A DNA stretch of 63,216 bases, counting the filler, from Asterionella formosa (Eukaryota): NCBI GenBank assembly GCA_002256025.1. It is 25 parts of 25 records of this genome, joined end to end, with 100 filler letters (N's around TTAATTAATTAA, not from the genome) between each part and the next. Parts side by side here need not be neighbours in the genome. Positions count along the whole stretch, not along the records: positions 12,828 to 37,581 come from NKIB01002166.1; 24 more parts are not named here. One strand, written 5' to 3'. Below are positions 12,833 through 25,385 of this stretch, one piece after another (the first letter of the stretch is position 1; every line of letters starts with the position of its first letter). Below the pieces are notes generated by a model. The model did no database searches and was not told where the DNA came from. It saw only the letters and a program-made list of their open reading frames with translations. A program made the translations under genes and the position numbers.

Positions 12833-14296
12833 TTGGCAGCGACTGAAAACAACAAGGGGAAGATTGTTCACGCAAAAGGTATCGCTCTGATTTTGTTTGC
12901 GATGAAGACTCATCCATACAATGCTAATGTACAACACTATGGTTGTGCAGCACTAGGGAACTTTGCTTTGAATGATGAAAACATCAGAGTGACGATAATA
13001 GATGCTGGTGGAATATATGCAATTGAATCTGCTAAGCACAATCACTCATCCAATGCTGATGTGCAAGAAAAAGGTGAAGAAGCACTTCGCATATTAACCC
13101 CAACCCAAGTTCCAACCACTTCAATTTCGTCTCCCATTGCTGACATTCAAGAAGAAGGTCTCATGGGGCTTTCGAACTTGGCTTTGCATGACAACAACAA
13201 TGTGACAGAGAACGCTAAAACAGGAGGGCCTACTGCCCCTGCAGGAGTTCCTACTTTCCCTTCAAGTTTGTCTCGGATTTCTGCGACTGTTTCAGCAACT
13301 CTTTCAAAGATGCAAATAAATGAGCAGGATGCTGATATTCAAGTTGATGGTCTCAAGGAGCTTGGGAACTTGGCTGTGGATGATGAAAACAACCAGGAGA
13401 CAATTGCTCAGTTAGGAGGTATTGCTAGTATTGTGTCTGCAATGAATGATCATCCAAAGAATGCTAATGTCCAAAAATATGGTTGTGCAGCACTTCAGAA
13501 GTTGGCTGAGAATGTCAACAACCCAGAGGCAATTGCTGACGCAAAAGGCATCACTCCAATTCTGTCTGCAATGAAGGATCATCCATCCAATGCTAATGTA
13601 CAACACTATGGTTGTGGAGCACTTGAGAAGTTGGCAGAGAATGACAACAACAAGGTTTTGATTGCTGATGAAGGAGGCATTGCTAGGATTGTGTTTGCGA
13701 TGAGGAGTTATCCAAACAATGCTAATGTCCAAGAATATGGTTGTGCATCACTAGTAAACTTGTCTTACAATAATGATGCCAACAAAGTGAAGATCGCAAA
13801 AGAAGGAGGTATCAATACAATTCTGTGTGCGATGAAGACTCATTCATCCAATGCTTATGTGCAAGAAAATGGTTGTGCAGCACTTTGGAAGTTGTCTGAG
13901 AATGACGACAATCAGGTGAAGATTTCTGACAAAGGAGGTATTGCTAATATTATGACTGTGATGAATGAACATTTAGACAATTCTGATGTGCAAGAATATG
14001 GTTGTGCAGCACTTTGGAACTTGGCAGAGAATGACAACAACAAGGGGATGATTGCTTTAGAAGGAGGTATAACTACAATTCTGTCAGCAATGAAGACTCA
14101 TTCACCCAATGCGGATGTACAAGAGTTTGGTTGTGGAGCACTTTCGAACTTGGCTTTGAATGACAAGAACAAGGGGATGATTGCTGATGCTGATGGTCAA
14201 GCCATAATTATGTCTGCTTTGGGAAATCATGCATCCCATTCTGGTGTCCAAGACAATGGTAACACAGCACTTTTTACATTGACCATTGGAAATTGA
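12833..14296 (+). CDS. Armadillo (ARM) repeat protein, 5'-partial
   Basis: About ten repeats of ~42 aa (GGI..I..AM..H..NA.VQ.YGC.AL.NLA). Open from the contig start to the stop at 14296. Confidence 0.93.
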   Translation: MAATENNKGKIVHAKGIALILFAMKTHPYNANVQHYGCAALGNFALNDENIRVTIIDAGGIYAIESAKHNHSSNADVQEKGEEALRILTPTQVPTTSISSPIADIQEEGLMGLSNLALHDNNNVTENAKTGGPTAPAGVPTFPSSLSRISATVSATLSKMQINEQDADIQVDGLKELGNLAVDDENNQETIAQLGGIASIVSAMNDHPKNANVQKYGCAALQKLAENVNNPEAIADAKGITPILSAMKDHPSNANVQHYGCGALEKLAENDNNKVLIADEGGIARIVFAMRSYPNNANVQEYGCASLVNLSYNNDANKVKIAKEGGINTILCAMKTHSSNAYVQENGCAALWKLSENDDNQVKISDKGGIANIMTVMNEHLDNSDVQEYGCAALWNLAENDNNKGMIALEGGITTILSAMKTHSPNADVQEFGCGALSNLALNDKNKGMIADADGQAIIMSALGNHASHSGVQDNGNTALFTLTIGN

Positions 14297-15001
14297 TCAA
14301 AATGGTAATTTTTAGGAGGATCAATTAGTAGTTTTTGTTGTAATTACGTAATTGTTATATGTTAGGAATTTATGCTGTCCTGATTGATGCATTCATGATG
14401 TTAGGGTTAGGGCTTAGAAGGAGCCCCATGTACCTGGTACTGCTGGGAGTTCCAGGAAAGTCCGAATATTGCGAATATTTGTCCCTTTTTCTGTGGGGCC
14501 GCAACCTTAATGTACTATAAAATTTATTTGACAGTTTTGGGTACCAGTAGTCAGTATTCATATTTAAACAGTATTCAAGGGAAAATCACTGTAGCCTGGA
14601 ATGTGAGTGACATAGCAAATATGGCAGCACTCCCCAACACCATACACCTCAACTTCTGTCACTTGAAAAGAAAAAAGAATCATTATTTGATCAAAACCGC
14701 TGACTTCGAAAGCAACCTTGTTGAAACGGAAGACTGGCTCGAGCAGTAATGACTATGAAAGCAAGCTCAGGAGCCCATGGAAGGAGGATAACATCGCGTT
14801 AATACACCAAAATGGTTGTCCATAAAAGGCATAAACGTTTCATCAATTTGCTTTTCTACTGCGCAGCTGCATTCCTCCTTCACAGTCGACTCCTACACCA
14901 ATCGCAACAGGTACAACTGGAGTGTCACATCACACGACACTTACCATGGCTCAATTTCCTGCGTGTGTAGTTGCATTGCTTACTATACCACAAGTCGTGA
15001 A

Positions 15002-15940
15002 ATGACATCTACAGGCGACTACGCCATGCGCTTCCGAGACCCTGATTTCGACTGCCTTGATGGTGATTATTGCCGCATCTATAAGACCACTTCCGCTTTG
15101 GGCCTGGAGGTGCTCAATGCCAAACAATTTGAGAACAGGATAGTTAGCAGCAGTGAAACCAGGCATCAAGCTTTCGCTGTCACACTCTGCATGAATGACA
15201 TGGAAAACATCGCCTGTGTGCATCGTATCTTCTGCTACCCAGGATCCTTCACCGAATCCTCCCCTTGGGATAACAAACTATTCGGAATCCTTGGAGACAT
15301 CACTGCAAACCAGATACCCTTGGTGCGCATTGCTCCTGAGGTATTTACTGTTGCTGGTTTGCTCGGCGTATGCTCCTACCCTCGTAACTATGGATGAAGC
15401 ACTAGCAAATTGGGAGCCGCACTCTGACGAAAATGGGGAGTTCATAGGCCCCATGTCTGATGCAGCTGGAAACTCCCTTTATGGTCAATATACTGAATAC
15501 ATTACAGTGCGCAATATTGTCCATTTACCACCCCGTTATGCCGCTATGCTAGTGAGCCTGGCTAGAGATAGGTAGCACTAGAAATACTGAATACATTACA
15601 GTGCAAAATATTGTCCATTTACCACCCCGTTATGCCGCTATGCTAGTGAGCCTGGCTAGAGATAGGTAGCACTAGAAGAAAAGATGGACTTACCAGGGAG
15701 TGTGCCGACATACTCACTTAGTTGCGGACTGCTAACTGCTGGGGCAGATCTGATGATGGTGACCCTGAAAGTTGTATCCCCCCCCATTGTGGCGACAAAA
15801 GCCCTACAATATGTCATGCCACTAGCTGGAATCTAGCCATGTATGCTGCCGCCCGAAAAATAGCACTGGATTTTCCACAAGTCCAACAAAAATTGCCTGA
15901 CGTCTCAACAAACAACATGAACCCGGAGCATTTTGCTGCA
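15002..15940 (+). pseudogene. Decayed ORF, possibly ORF1/gag-like of a retroelement
   Basis: VHRIFCYPG..SSPWDNKLFGILGD..NQIP block, then a frameshift and an internal duplication. Family assignment is uncertain. Confidence 0.3.
15490..15677. repeat. 94-bp direct tandem duplication
   Basis: Copies at 15490-15583 and 15584-15677 differ at two adjacent bases. Confidence 0.93.
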
Positions 15941-16025
15941 TCAATATATCTATCAATGACACATTATTCATACCACAATATACATCAACATGTATTGATA
16001 TTTTAGAGGAAAGGGTCAAGAGATT

Positions 16026-16990
16026 ATGATTGGTCCCCAACGGGAAATGATATCTCAAATTTGCTTACGAATGGCAACATTTCATGGAATGAAACATTAC
16101 CTTTATCTGATTAGGAAGTTCGGATCTCCTCTTAATTTCTTTGGTGGATATTTAGAGTCTTTTTTGAAAGACAAATTGAAACGACCCAGTAAGCGTGTCA
16201 ATGGACAATTACATCGATTAAAGCATGACATTTTAACAATGTCATATGAAACAAGGCAGTTTGCCTTGGCACGAAAAATTGTTTTTGTAAGTGATTCAGT
16301 ACCTACAGAAAACAAACAAAAGAAGATGAGTAGAGAAAATACAATCAATGTAAATGAGGGTATTTCAACAGAAATTGATTTCGAAGGAATGATTCCGGAT
16401 ACAATGATGTTGCCTAATAGGTCGCCTGAAAATTTTGGAATATCGCCTACCAAAATCCATTAACCAGCCCTTCCTGTTAAAGTTCAATTTTCTGTTTCAT
16501 CATCAAATGGTCTATGGACTATAGCAGGTGTCCCTAATAATATTGGGCATGTATCACGGAGTAAGGATGCACCCTTGTCTCAATTGGTTCATCCTGATTT
16601 ACCGAAGGGGGCCACGTAAAGAGCATTGCGAATTCAGCAATAGAAATAGCGAAAATCAAAAATCTTGAAGATGGGATTGGGCCTGTTTCCATTTGTAAGG
16701 ATTGAATTTTATTATCATATTAAAATTGAAAGTAATGTTCCCGGCCAAACTACTATTTTCAGATGCCATCCGAAATGGAATAATGATTCAAAGGCAGGAA
16801 TCTCTGGTCGTGAATGGTTTGACTGGGTCGCAAGTGGAAGTGAACTGGGAGAAGGGAGATCGTCAATTAGGGGAACATCAGCTAGTAGTACTATACTGAA
16901 AGCGCCGCTTTTCATCATTGGCGATGATGACGTTTCTTTTTCAGTTATTGATAAAAGAAAAATGGCTCCTGTTGATGGTACTAGCCATTA
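16026..16990 (+). mobile_element. Plavaka-like transposase C-terminal half, pseudogenised
   Basis: FHGMKHY..LIRKFGSPLNFFGGYLESFLK..KRPSKR and FRCHPKWN...WFDWV/EVNWE. Homologous to the relic at 28753-29560. Confidence 0.6.
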
Positions 16991-17998
16991 ATAACAACTC
17001 CCGGATGCAGATGGACAACATGGTACCATATCATAAATTTTCTAATTGCACAGACCAACAAGTACATGACAAACTGAGGGAAAAACATTTTGCACTTCTT
17101 GCCAAAGGATATTATCAATTGGTCAGTTCACTCAATCACTGCAAAGGTGCATCGTAATTCGGTTCAAAACTCTTCCATACGAGGTTATCAAGAATCTTCA
17201 ATTTCAGCAGGTTTATCAGAACGTCGTTCCTGCTTACCGCTTAGCTAAAATTGAACCATCAATTGTCATAAACGTTGTGAGTTTTATTTTCAAGACCAAG
17301 AAGTTTTGCTGTGAACATGTAAGCTTGAGGTCATAGTTCGTGAATTGCAGGTACTGTAAAGCAGAATATCAAGCTTATGTGCTTTTTCTGTTCCCAAAAG
17401 AGAATCAAACAGTATGAAAGGCATTTCCAATCACAAACAGGATTGGTTTGCCCAATGTTGACCTGCCTAACTTGGCTATACACAGGGAAACCGGAGTTAG
17501 GCAAAGAAGTGGAGAGTGACCCAGAGCTTGCCGATTTCATATGGAATGGTTCTGATGCACTACTTCCAATGAATCAGACCATTGAACGTACCAAAAAGGC
17601 ACATTTAGATTACATCAAATCAACATTTGGTGGCATGTGCATTACAAAGTAGAGCGAAAGAATATCAGAATGTATTGAATAATCAATTTAAAGTAATCTT
17701 AGGTAAGTTCTTGCAGGGAGATGCTCTGAAAGCATGATGTTTTGAGTTGGTGATTATATTCTTATCAAATATAGTTCAATTTAACAATGCTATGGCTGGG
17801 TGCATGATCGAAGAACATATAGTAGCTCTAGTTGGCCTGGTACAAACCATTTTTTCTAAAAATAAAGCTAAATATTTTTGCGCAATGAATCTCTTGTTGT
17901 TACAACCATCACCATGTTGATTGCGCTCGGTTGGTTCCCTTTGCTTCCCTCAAGTGCCTTGTGTTTTGCTATATATTATTAGAACCGTGATCATAGCG

Positions 17999-18450
17999 CT
18001 AATCGGAATCCAAACAGCCAACTTTTAGTTGTTTGGACGATATTTTTCTTTGGTGATTGCGTGTGAGAATTATGCATTTCTCATGTGCCCTTGCTCCCTG
18101 GTGCCAGGGGCGCAGTGTCATTGGGTATTCAAATGTTGATGTGCGTATGATGGTATGGCTGTGGTATTGAAGTATCTGTTGCGTTTCCGGGTTCCCCCTC
18201 ATTATTGTATTGACGATTGGATTGGTAACTTGCTGCCGGATTGGGTCCAAGCGGATCTGGTTGGGTCTCTTTGGACAGTTGGTTGATGGCGAGCCATGCT
18301 GCGGTGTAGCGATTCTTCTTTTGGCATAATAAGGGTTTTTGGGCGATGTGTTCATTCCACAGCCAGTCAGGGAAATCTGAATGCTGAGGGTCTTCTCATC
18401 TTGCTGATATTTGGTGCATGTTGGACAGGCTAGCGCGCCATTGCAGACAA
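17999..18450 (-). mobile_element. Decayed non-LTR retrotransposon C-terminal fragment (tentative)
   Basis: CPTC motif followed by QIRLD and TLRPW patterns. Broken frames. Confidence 0.3.
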
Positions 18451-18929
18451 TGCCTAATGATTATGAGACCTATAATTGAAACTAGACTTATCTGTTATTG
18501 ATTCGCGTCTTACTTTGGTTATTGTCAAACTGCATTTATTCGTCTCAATATTTGCTGGTTTCCCTCATTACGGAGTCATCACTATGTTGGCACTGGATTC
18601 CGGCCGACCTCCTCATTCACTACATGAACCAACAATACAACACTGGAAGCGACATGCTATTGACTACGCGAACATTGATGACATACATGAACAAGTGCTA
18701 CCCTACAATGTCCTATGATCCCAATAGAATCACCATTCCAAGTGGCACAGTGGTGGACTTCTATTGAGCCAACTGTCAAGTAAAGAGCGTCTGCTACAAC
18801 CTATTCTTCTTTTCTGACCATGGTTCTCCTGCTCCATTGTTTCCGAAGAACATTAATTTCGCTTCTTTTCTTAATAATAGCATCACAAAGCGACTATTAG
18901 GGGGTTCAAGGCAAATTCGAACTGGAGAG

Positions 18930-19540
18930 GTGATGGATAATCTTGAAGTTGGATCACTCAACAAACGAGCCAAATTGATGAACTCAAATGAAGCTGATAC
19001 TCCCTCCATTGAAGCCTTAAATCAATCTAAATCATCATCGACAATTTCGGATGCTATAGAGCAAGAGCAGACTCTTCCTCAGCATAGATTATTGGAAGGC
19101 AGGTGAGGCCAGGACACTATTTGCTCCCAAAGCAAAGTATGGAGATGAAGCCAATGTCAAAGGAGTTGTTATTTCCCGAATTGAGCTGTTCGAATCAATT
19201 AATAGACATCCCAACCATTGGAAATTTTTGTTGAAAGGGGGAGATGCTGATAAGCACTGCTCCGAATTCGAAATCTTCATGCTGAGACAGAGGAGTTTAT
19301 ATTTGGCCTGTGCTTGCTTTGAGGCAGTTTGTTCAGAAGGAAATTGGGGAAACCAGATGGACCTGGCAGCGGTGCCTTCAATATTCAATTGGAGTTATGA
19401 ATAATCTTGGAATAGAAGCCTACTCCAATGTGAGGACTCTTGGAAGGTGGCTTGGCCGACTGGCATACAATTTACAAGATGCTTCCTGTAAGTCGCCAAT
19501 CAAAAAGAATAAGATCCCTCCATTCTTCCCATTCGACATA
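18930..19540 (+). pseudogene. Decayed ORF resembling the N-terminal region of a DNA transposase
   Basis: Near-continuous reading with one stop and one frameshift. WTWQRCLQYSI...NVRTLGRW looks like an HTH block. Ends just before a (TA)n(GA)n tract. Confidence 0.3.
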
Positions 19541-21059
19541 TACATATCACATAATATATATATATAGAGAGAGAGAGAGAGAAAGAGAATCTTCATCGCT
19601 TTATGTGCATATACCAGTTCTACAATCTGTACTCCAATCGACCACTATGTGTCATGCATACAACCTGGCGGCTCGGCAAATATTTGAAAGTGCACTCAAG
19701 GAGCTGGACGCGTACTATGTCCAGTGATGATCATCTACGTCGTGAATATAGCACCGGACTGTCAGTACACCCAAGAAAATGTTACATGTTTATCCAATGT
19801 GGCCGGCGTGGGTTTGCAAGACCTCGCAAACCAGGCCAATCAAACAGAGGAATGTAATTCACGTTCACCAATCATATTATATATGTGGAAGCGGGCACTT
19901 ACAATGGAATTTTTTGGAAAAGAGATGTTAGGACTAAAAATTCCGGTACACGACTACCATTCCGATGATGACGTTTCGGCACCTAATAATTCTGCTTCCG
20001 ATTTTTTGGCGAGCGTAGAAAAGGCCGATTTTGTCGATTTTTTGGACAACAATAGCTAAACGTTGGCTGGGTCTGATGGCGATTTAGATACATAGGTAAC
20101 TTTCAAATAGCATCAGTATATAACTTCTGGCGAGAAACTGCAGAAAGGAATTTCGGTTTTTTCCTTTGCCAAATAAACAGATTTCCCCCGAATTTTCGAG
20201 TCTTTTTAGCATCTAAGTCCTGCAAGGAAGAAGGTTGTGACGGTTGAAGGAATAGCCAAGTGGCAGAAGAGACTGCGGCTCAGTTTAGTTATCTCATTGT
20301 TTTGTGGATTCAATTCGAATTGGCGATGTGAAGGTTTCTATGCCATTCAGGCCAACTTTTAACGATAATTACATCTTGAACATCTAACCACAATTGATGT
20401 GAGTAAGGAACATCCTGATACACAATTTAGCGGTTCTCAACAGAGTCACTCATTGACAAACTGACCATTCTATCCTAAGAACCGCGTCTCTACTTTACTA
20501 AGCTACAAGGGGATAAATAATAGAGCCAAGGCGTTTCCTCAAAGATTGACGCAGCATAGTCTTGTATTTCTTCCATCTTCCTGATGAGAAACTTTCAACA
20601 CCTCAAGCCGAATTCAATGAATACAGGCACATTAGCTACTTGCCATAATAAGGTCTTACACTATTAAAGATTCACTCCAAGGTTTCAACAATCAACCAGA
20701 GTCTCTAGCACAAAACATCACCGCTGGCAACGCAGGATTTATCCGACAAACCTCCACAAAAACACAAAAAAGGAGGAAATCACAGCTTTCCCCGCCAACA
20801 TTATATCCAAGACGATACCTTAACCACACAGTTAGCTATCACACCAGTCAACACTAATCATCATAGTAAAATAGGACACTCACCTATGAATATGTCCTCA
20901 TCGTCCATAATGAAACATCTGGTATTGAGGAGTGGGGTTGCCCGGCATACTAGTGGCATCACATTTGCCCTAACCACATAACCACAAAATAAAACGTACT
21001 GATTAATGAAGACGCACTACGATAAGCCCTTGGCACCATAAGTCCACCATAGACATTGT

Positions 21060-22275
21060 AACCAGAACTGGATTTCCCATGGTTATTCCTAGACATCAGA
21101 TTTATTAGAAATAAGCAAATTTAATATTCCGTTTCCATGTAAACCTGATATCAATGGACAACACCGCCCAGTGCCTTGTACCCCACTACCAACAAATAAT
21201 ATACCAGTCCACGTACGTACCCAGTCTCACATGGGATACACTAGGTCTTGGCATCCGAATAATTCGCATTTTTACGTTAGGTCATGACAATTTGAATGCC
21301 TCCCTAGCTTGTTGGTTTAGCATCCAAAACTTGCCTGTCCAGCTAGGAGCTGACATCCGCAAAAGGCCCGTTCAGCCGCAACAAAAAAATTAAACAATCC
21401 TCAATCCTTCCCAGCACGAATATAGCCAACGTGGTAGACTACTCCTACATGGTACCGCCGTTTTTGGTCACTGGTCAATAAATAATATTGTCCTACACAC
21501 CATGTACATCACCCCGGAAAAACCATTTCAATTTTTTTCACCGGAATCCACCATATTCCGTCATGGATGACAGTATAAGAAATTACAATACTACGCCTAT
21601 AGACCTTCACTACAACATTTCGCAAATAAGTCCTCCTAAAAACAGGGCTTACCATGATCATAACGACACCACTTCCTACCTCCCCACTTTATCAATACAT
21701 AGCCCCCACAATTATCAACAATAATGGTGAAAAGCTTAATCTAGTAACAACTCTTCCTCCATCAAATCAATAGCTATAAGCAGGCACCTCACTGGCACAG
21801 ATGCATTCCAAGGTTTCAATTATAAATTGGACGAGTCTCTGACACACAACATCACACCACTCCTGCTGGTAAGTCGGAAATCGACAGACATTATAATCAG
21901 AATTTACCTTACCATTAAAATTATTGGAAGTACCAGTAAGCAAGTTTAATACTTTGCTTATAACAAATCCGGTATCAAGGAATAAAAAGACACAACCCCT
22001 CCCCCACTCCCCCACATTGATCCACACAACAAAACACCAGTACCACAGCGCTAGGATACCACCCGGCGCACCGTACCCCATAACTACAGTACAATAAATG
22101 CCGGTACACCAGACAATGCAGGTACCCACCACACACGGGGCCGGCATGGTCTTGGCATCCGAATTAATCAGAACTACGGTATTATGTCTACTCCCATTTC
22201 GCATTCAAACGCCTCCCTAACTTGGTTCAGCATCCGAACCTTGCCTATCCGGCTCGGGTTTGGCATCAGCTCCAA
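21060..22275. repeat. Pair of old diverged direct repeats (about 21060-21365 and 21890-22275)
   Basis: Shared blocks TTATT.GAA.TA..AGCAA.TTTAATA, GGTCTTGGCATCCGAAT, GCCTCCCTA.CTT and AGCATCC.AA.CTTGCCT.TCC. Confidence 0.7.
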
Positions 22276-22643
22276 TCCAGCTCAGCATAAATAATTACAG
22301 TAGTCTACCAGGTACCATAAAGACATTACTGGGTGGTAAATGTTCTTGCTGGACTGATACCGGTGTATACTGGATAAAAAGTGTAATAGCAGGTAATTTC
22401 TCAAAATGTCCTTATCGTTTTCATAAACAGAGATCCATCCTGTATTCTTTAAGTTTATATATAGAATTAAAAATATATGTGTGACTAACAATATTGTCCG
22501 GTATACCTGTATGATGGACCAGAGTTCTGGCATGGTTACGACTTCGACTAAGTGAAGAATTACAAATACGACGATGCGAAGAGAAAAAGGCTTTTCATCA
22601 CAGGTGCCATAAAAACAACCAAATCAACGAAAACAAAGCGAAC

Positions 22644-23831
22644 ATGGTTTTCCAATACTCCTCTACCAACAATAATCCTCCAGTTACGACTAGTTATGGC
22701 GTACAAGCCGCGGTCATTAATAAGTGGGGAGCTCATTTCTGTCCTTCTCACCCTGACGTTATTCTGACCACATTGAACATTTGGCAACTATGTACGACAA
22801 ATATAATCCGAGACAGCTGCCCTAAATGCGATGATGAACAAGGTAATCTTATTGAGGCAATTATTCAAAAGATGAAAGATCAGCCTAAAGAGGCTCGCAT
22901 TCAAAAGAGAGGTATCTTCGACCTAAAGGGATTGGCTGCTTTTAACTACCAGGATAAGATTGCTAAAGAAGGAGGTATCAATGCGATTCTGTCTGCGATG
23001 AATAATCATCCAAAGAATGTGGATGTGCAACGGGATGGTTGTGCAGCACTTATGAACTTGGCTGTGAATAACAACAACAAGAGGAAGATTGCTGACGCAG
23101 ACGGTGTCATTACGATTCTGTCTGCGATTAAGAAACATTCCTCCAATGATGTTGTGCAAGAGTATGGTTTTGCAGCACTTGTGAACTTGGATTTGAATAA
23201 GGAAGAAACGAGAAGTGCGATTGCTGGAGAAAGTGGCATCAGAACGATTGTTAAAGCTATGGTAAGAAATCCAAAGAATCGCAATCTGCAACGCTATGGT
23301 TGTAGAGTACTTATGAAACTGGCTATGGATGACAAAAACAAGTTGAAAATTTCCGCAGTAGGAGGTATCAATAAGATTCTGTCTACGATGAAGGCTCATT
23401 CCTCCAATGCTGACATACAAGAATATGGTTGTGCAGCACTTCGGAACTTGGCTGTGAATGACAACAACAGGAACAATATTGTTACAGAAAAAGGTATCAC
23501 TACAATTCTGTCTGCGATGCAGAATCATCGATCCGATGCTACTGTGCAAGTATATGGTTTTGAAGCGCTGGCGAACTTGGCTGTGAATGACAACTACAGG
23601 AACAAGATTGTTAAGGAGGATGGTATCCCTATGATTTTGTCTTCTATGGAGAATCATCAATCCAATGCTACTGTTCAGCAGTGTGGTTTGAACTTGGTTG
23701 TGAAAGACAGAATCAAAGATAAAGTTGGAACAAGAGGTATCGCAGCGATTAAAGCTGCTATGAAAATTCATCCAAACAATCATACTTTTCAAGGAAAAGC
23801 TCAAGAAGCACTTGGCTTATTGCAATCGTAA
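22644..23831 (+). CDS. ARM-repeat protein with an N-terminal C-x2-H-P...C-P-x-C motif, apparently intact
   Basis: 395-aa ATG-to-stop ORF. HFCPSHPDV...SCPKCD followed by about 7 ARM repeats like those at 12833. Confidence 0.88.
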   Translation: MVFQYSSTNNNPPVTTSYGVQAAVINKWGAHFCPSHPDVILTTLNIWQLCTTNIIRDSCPKCDDEQGNLIEAIIQKMKDQPKEARIQKRGIFDLKGLAAFNYQDKIAKEGGINAILSAMNNHPKNVDVQRDGCAALMNLAVNNNNKRKIADADGVITILSAIKKHSSNDVVQEYGFAALVNLDLNKEETRSAIAGESGIRTIVKAMVRNPKNRNLQRYGCRVLMKLAMDDKNKLKISAVGGINKILSTMKAHSSNADIQEYGCAALRNLAVNDNNRNNIVTEKGITTILSAMQNHRSDATVQVYGFEALANLAVNDNYRNKIVKEDGIPMILSSMENHQSNATVQQCGLNLVVKDRIKDKVGTRGIAAIKAAMKIHPNNHTFQGKAQEALGLLQS

Positions 23832-24759
23832 TCCCGGCTCCTAGACGGCTTCCCTATGTAGCAACCAGCCCTTCTAGGGCTGGTGGGCATGCACATGGTA
23901 TGACTTATTCTAGAGTATTACCGGGTACTGTTATAATAAGCATTGTGTTAGTATCTGTTGTTGTTTATGCATAAAAACATGTCGAATTCAATGGTGTTGT
24001 AGACTACTTACCAGAGCGGATTCTTTCCGGCTAGGCTGATTTCAGTCCAATTGACTCTGGATTCAGTCTGGGTTTTCAATCCCTTGCCTTTATATCAAGT
24101 CAACGGATATTTCATTTCTGAAAAGTTAATCTAAGTCTACAGAACTGTAGGTTTCTGGAGGTATGCATGGCCACAAGCTTATAGGTTTACAAAAAATTTC
24201 AGATACATGAGAAGCCTACCAACCGAAAAAATCTCAAAAATGTTTGTGCGGGATGGCGCGAAAACGAAGATTGACCATGGGCAAAGGTGCCGTCGTTTCA
24301 TGCCTATCCAAGTACATTCATCCCTCACACTGTGGGTCCAAAATCATCATCTGAACATTGGAAAAGGTCATCGACTTGAAGGAATGACAGTTCTGTAAAG
24401 GGAGCTCAAGAAAATTTGAGGTAAAGAGGTGATGGCCATTGTGGTCACAGCCCCCGGGACTGTGGATGATGCTGATACGACTGAGCTGTATGCTCTTGAA
24501 CAGCACTTCAAGATCATTTCTGTAAAAACTAATTTTACTATGGCGAAGGCGATTATGTACCTGAGGAGGCAGTAGAAGATGAAGAGATGCCTTCCAAGCT
24601 CTTCGAACTTGTCGACTGTACTGGCACAATTTGAGATGCTGATGACGTTGCCCTTGCAGCTAGATTTGTTGCTATTGATGATGACAATGCCCCAGCACCT
24701 GAAAATGTTGATCATCCCAATTAATTAATAAAAAATTTGTTTGAGGATGAGTAAGGACA

Positions 24760-25385
24760 CTCAGGAATTTGCTACAGGAGACTGACCAGTGCATCAAATT
24801 GCAATCCAAGACTTTCATCATTTCCAACTCAGTTGAAACCGTCTGTCTTCCAATAGTTCGAACTATTTTTCTTTCTGAGTTCTTGAAAGATAATGTTTTT
24901 TATCAATAATCTAAAGATAGAGGGCAAATCTGTTACCAATGGTGAGCTACTCAGATGGATTGGAATATGGTTTTAAATGGCAACAACGCAGGGAACAAAA
25001 CGGCATGATTTTAGGTCTTGCACCTACAAATATTTTCGACAATGCCTCATTTCGGCTGAATCACCTCATGTATCGTGATCGATTCGATTCAATTCTTAAG
25101 GCTATAGGCTATACAATTTGGCCAGCACCTGATTATCCGGACCGTTTTCATGAAGTAAGGGGAATGATTGAATCATGGAATGAAAACATGCAAAATAATT
25201 TTAAGCCAGGACACATTGTATGTTTAGATGAATCATTGTCTACATGGGCATATCTGTCCTGGATTCATGTTTGTTCCCCAAAAGCCTTGGCCATTTAGAA
25301 ATGAATACCACACAGTTTTCTGTGGCAACACAGGAATCATGTTTGTGATGGAAATAGTGGAGGGAAAAGATGCTCCCCAATCATC
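24760..25385 (+). mobile_element. piggyBac-like (DDE_Tnp_1_7) transposase pseudogene fragment
   Basis: MYRDRFDSILKAI, DRFHEVRGMIESWNENM..FKPGHIVCLDESL and PGFMFVPQKPWPFRNEYHT..CGNTGIMFVMEIVEGKD. Confidence 0.85.

Noticed and set aside
22923..23804. 293-aa minus-strand ORF, and similar antisense ORFs over CDC45, L21, RT and the PT repeat
   Set aside because: Shadow frames of the real genes, with no recognisable motifs.
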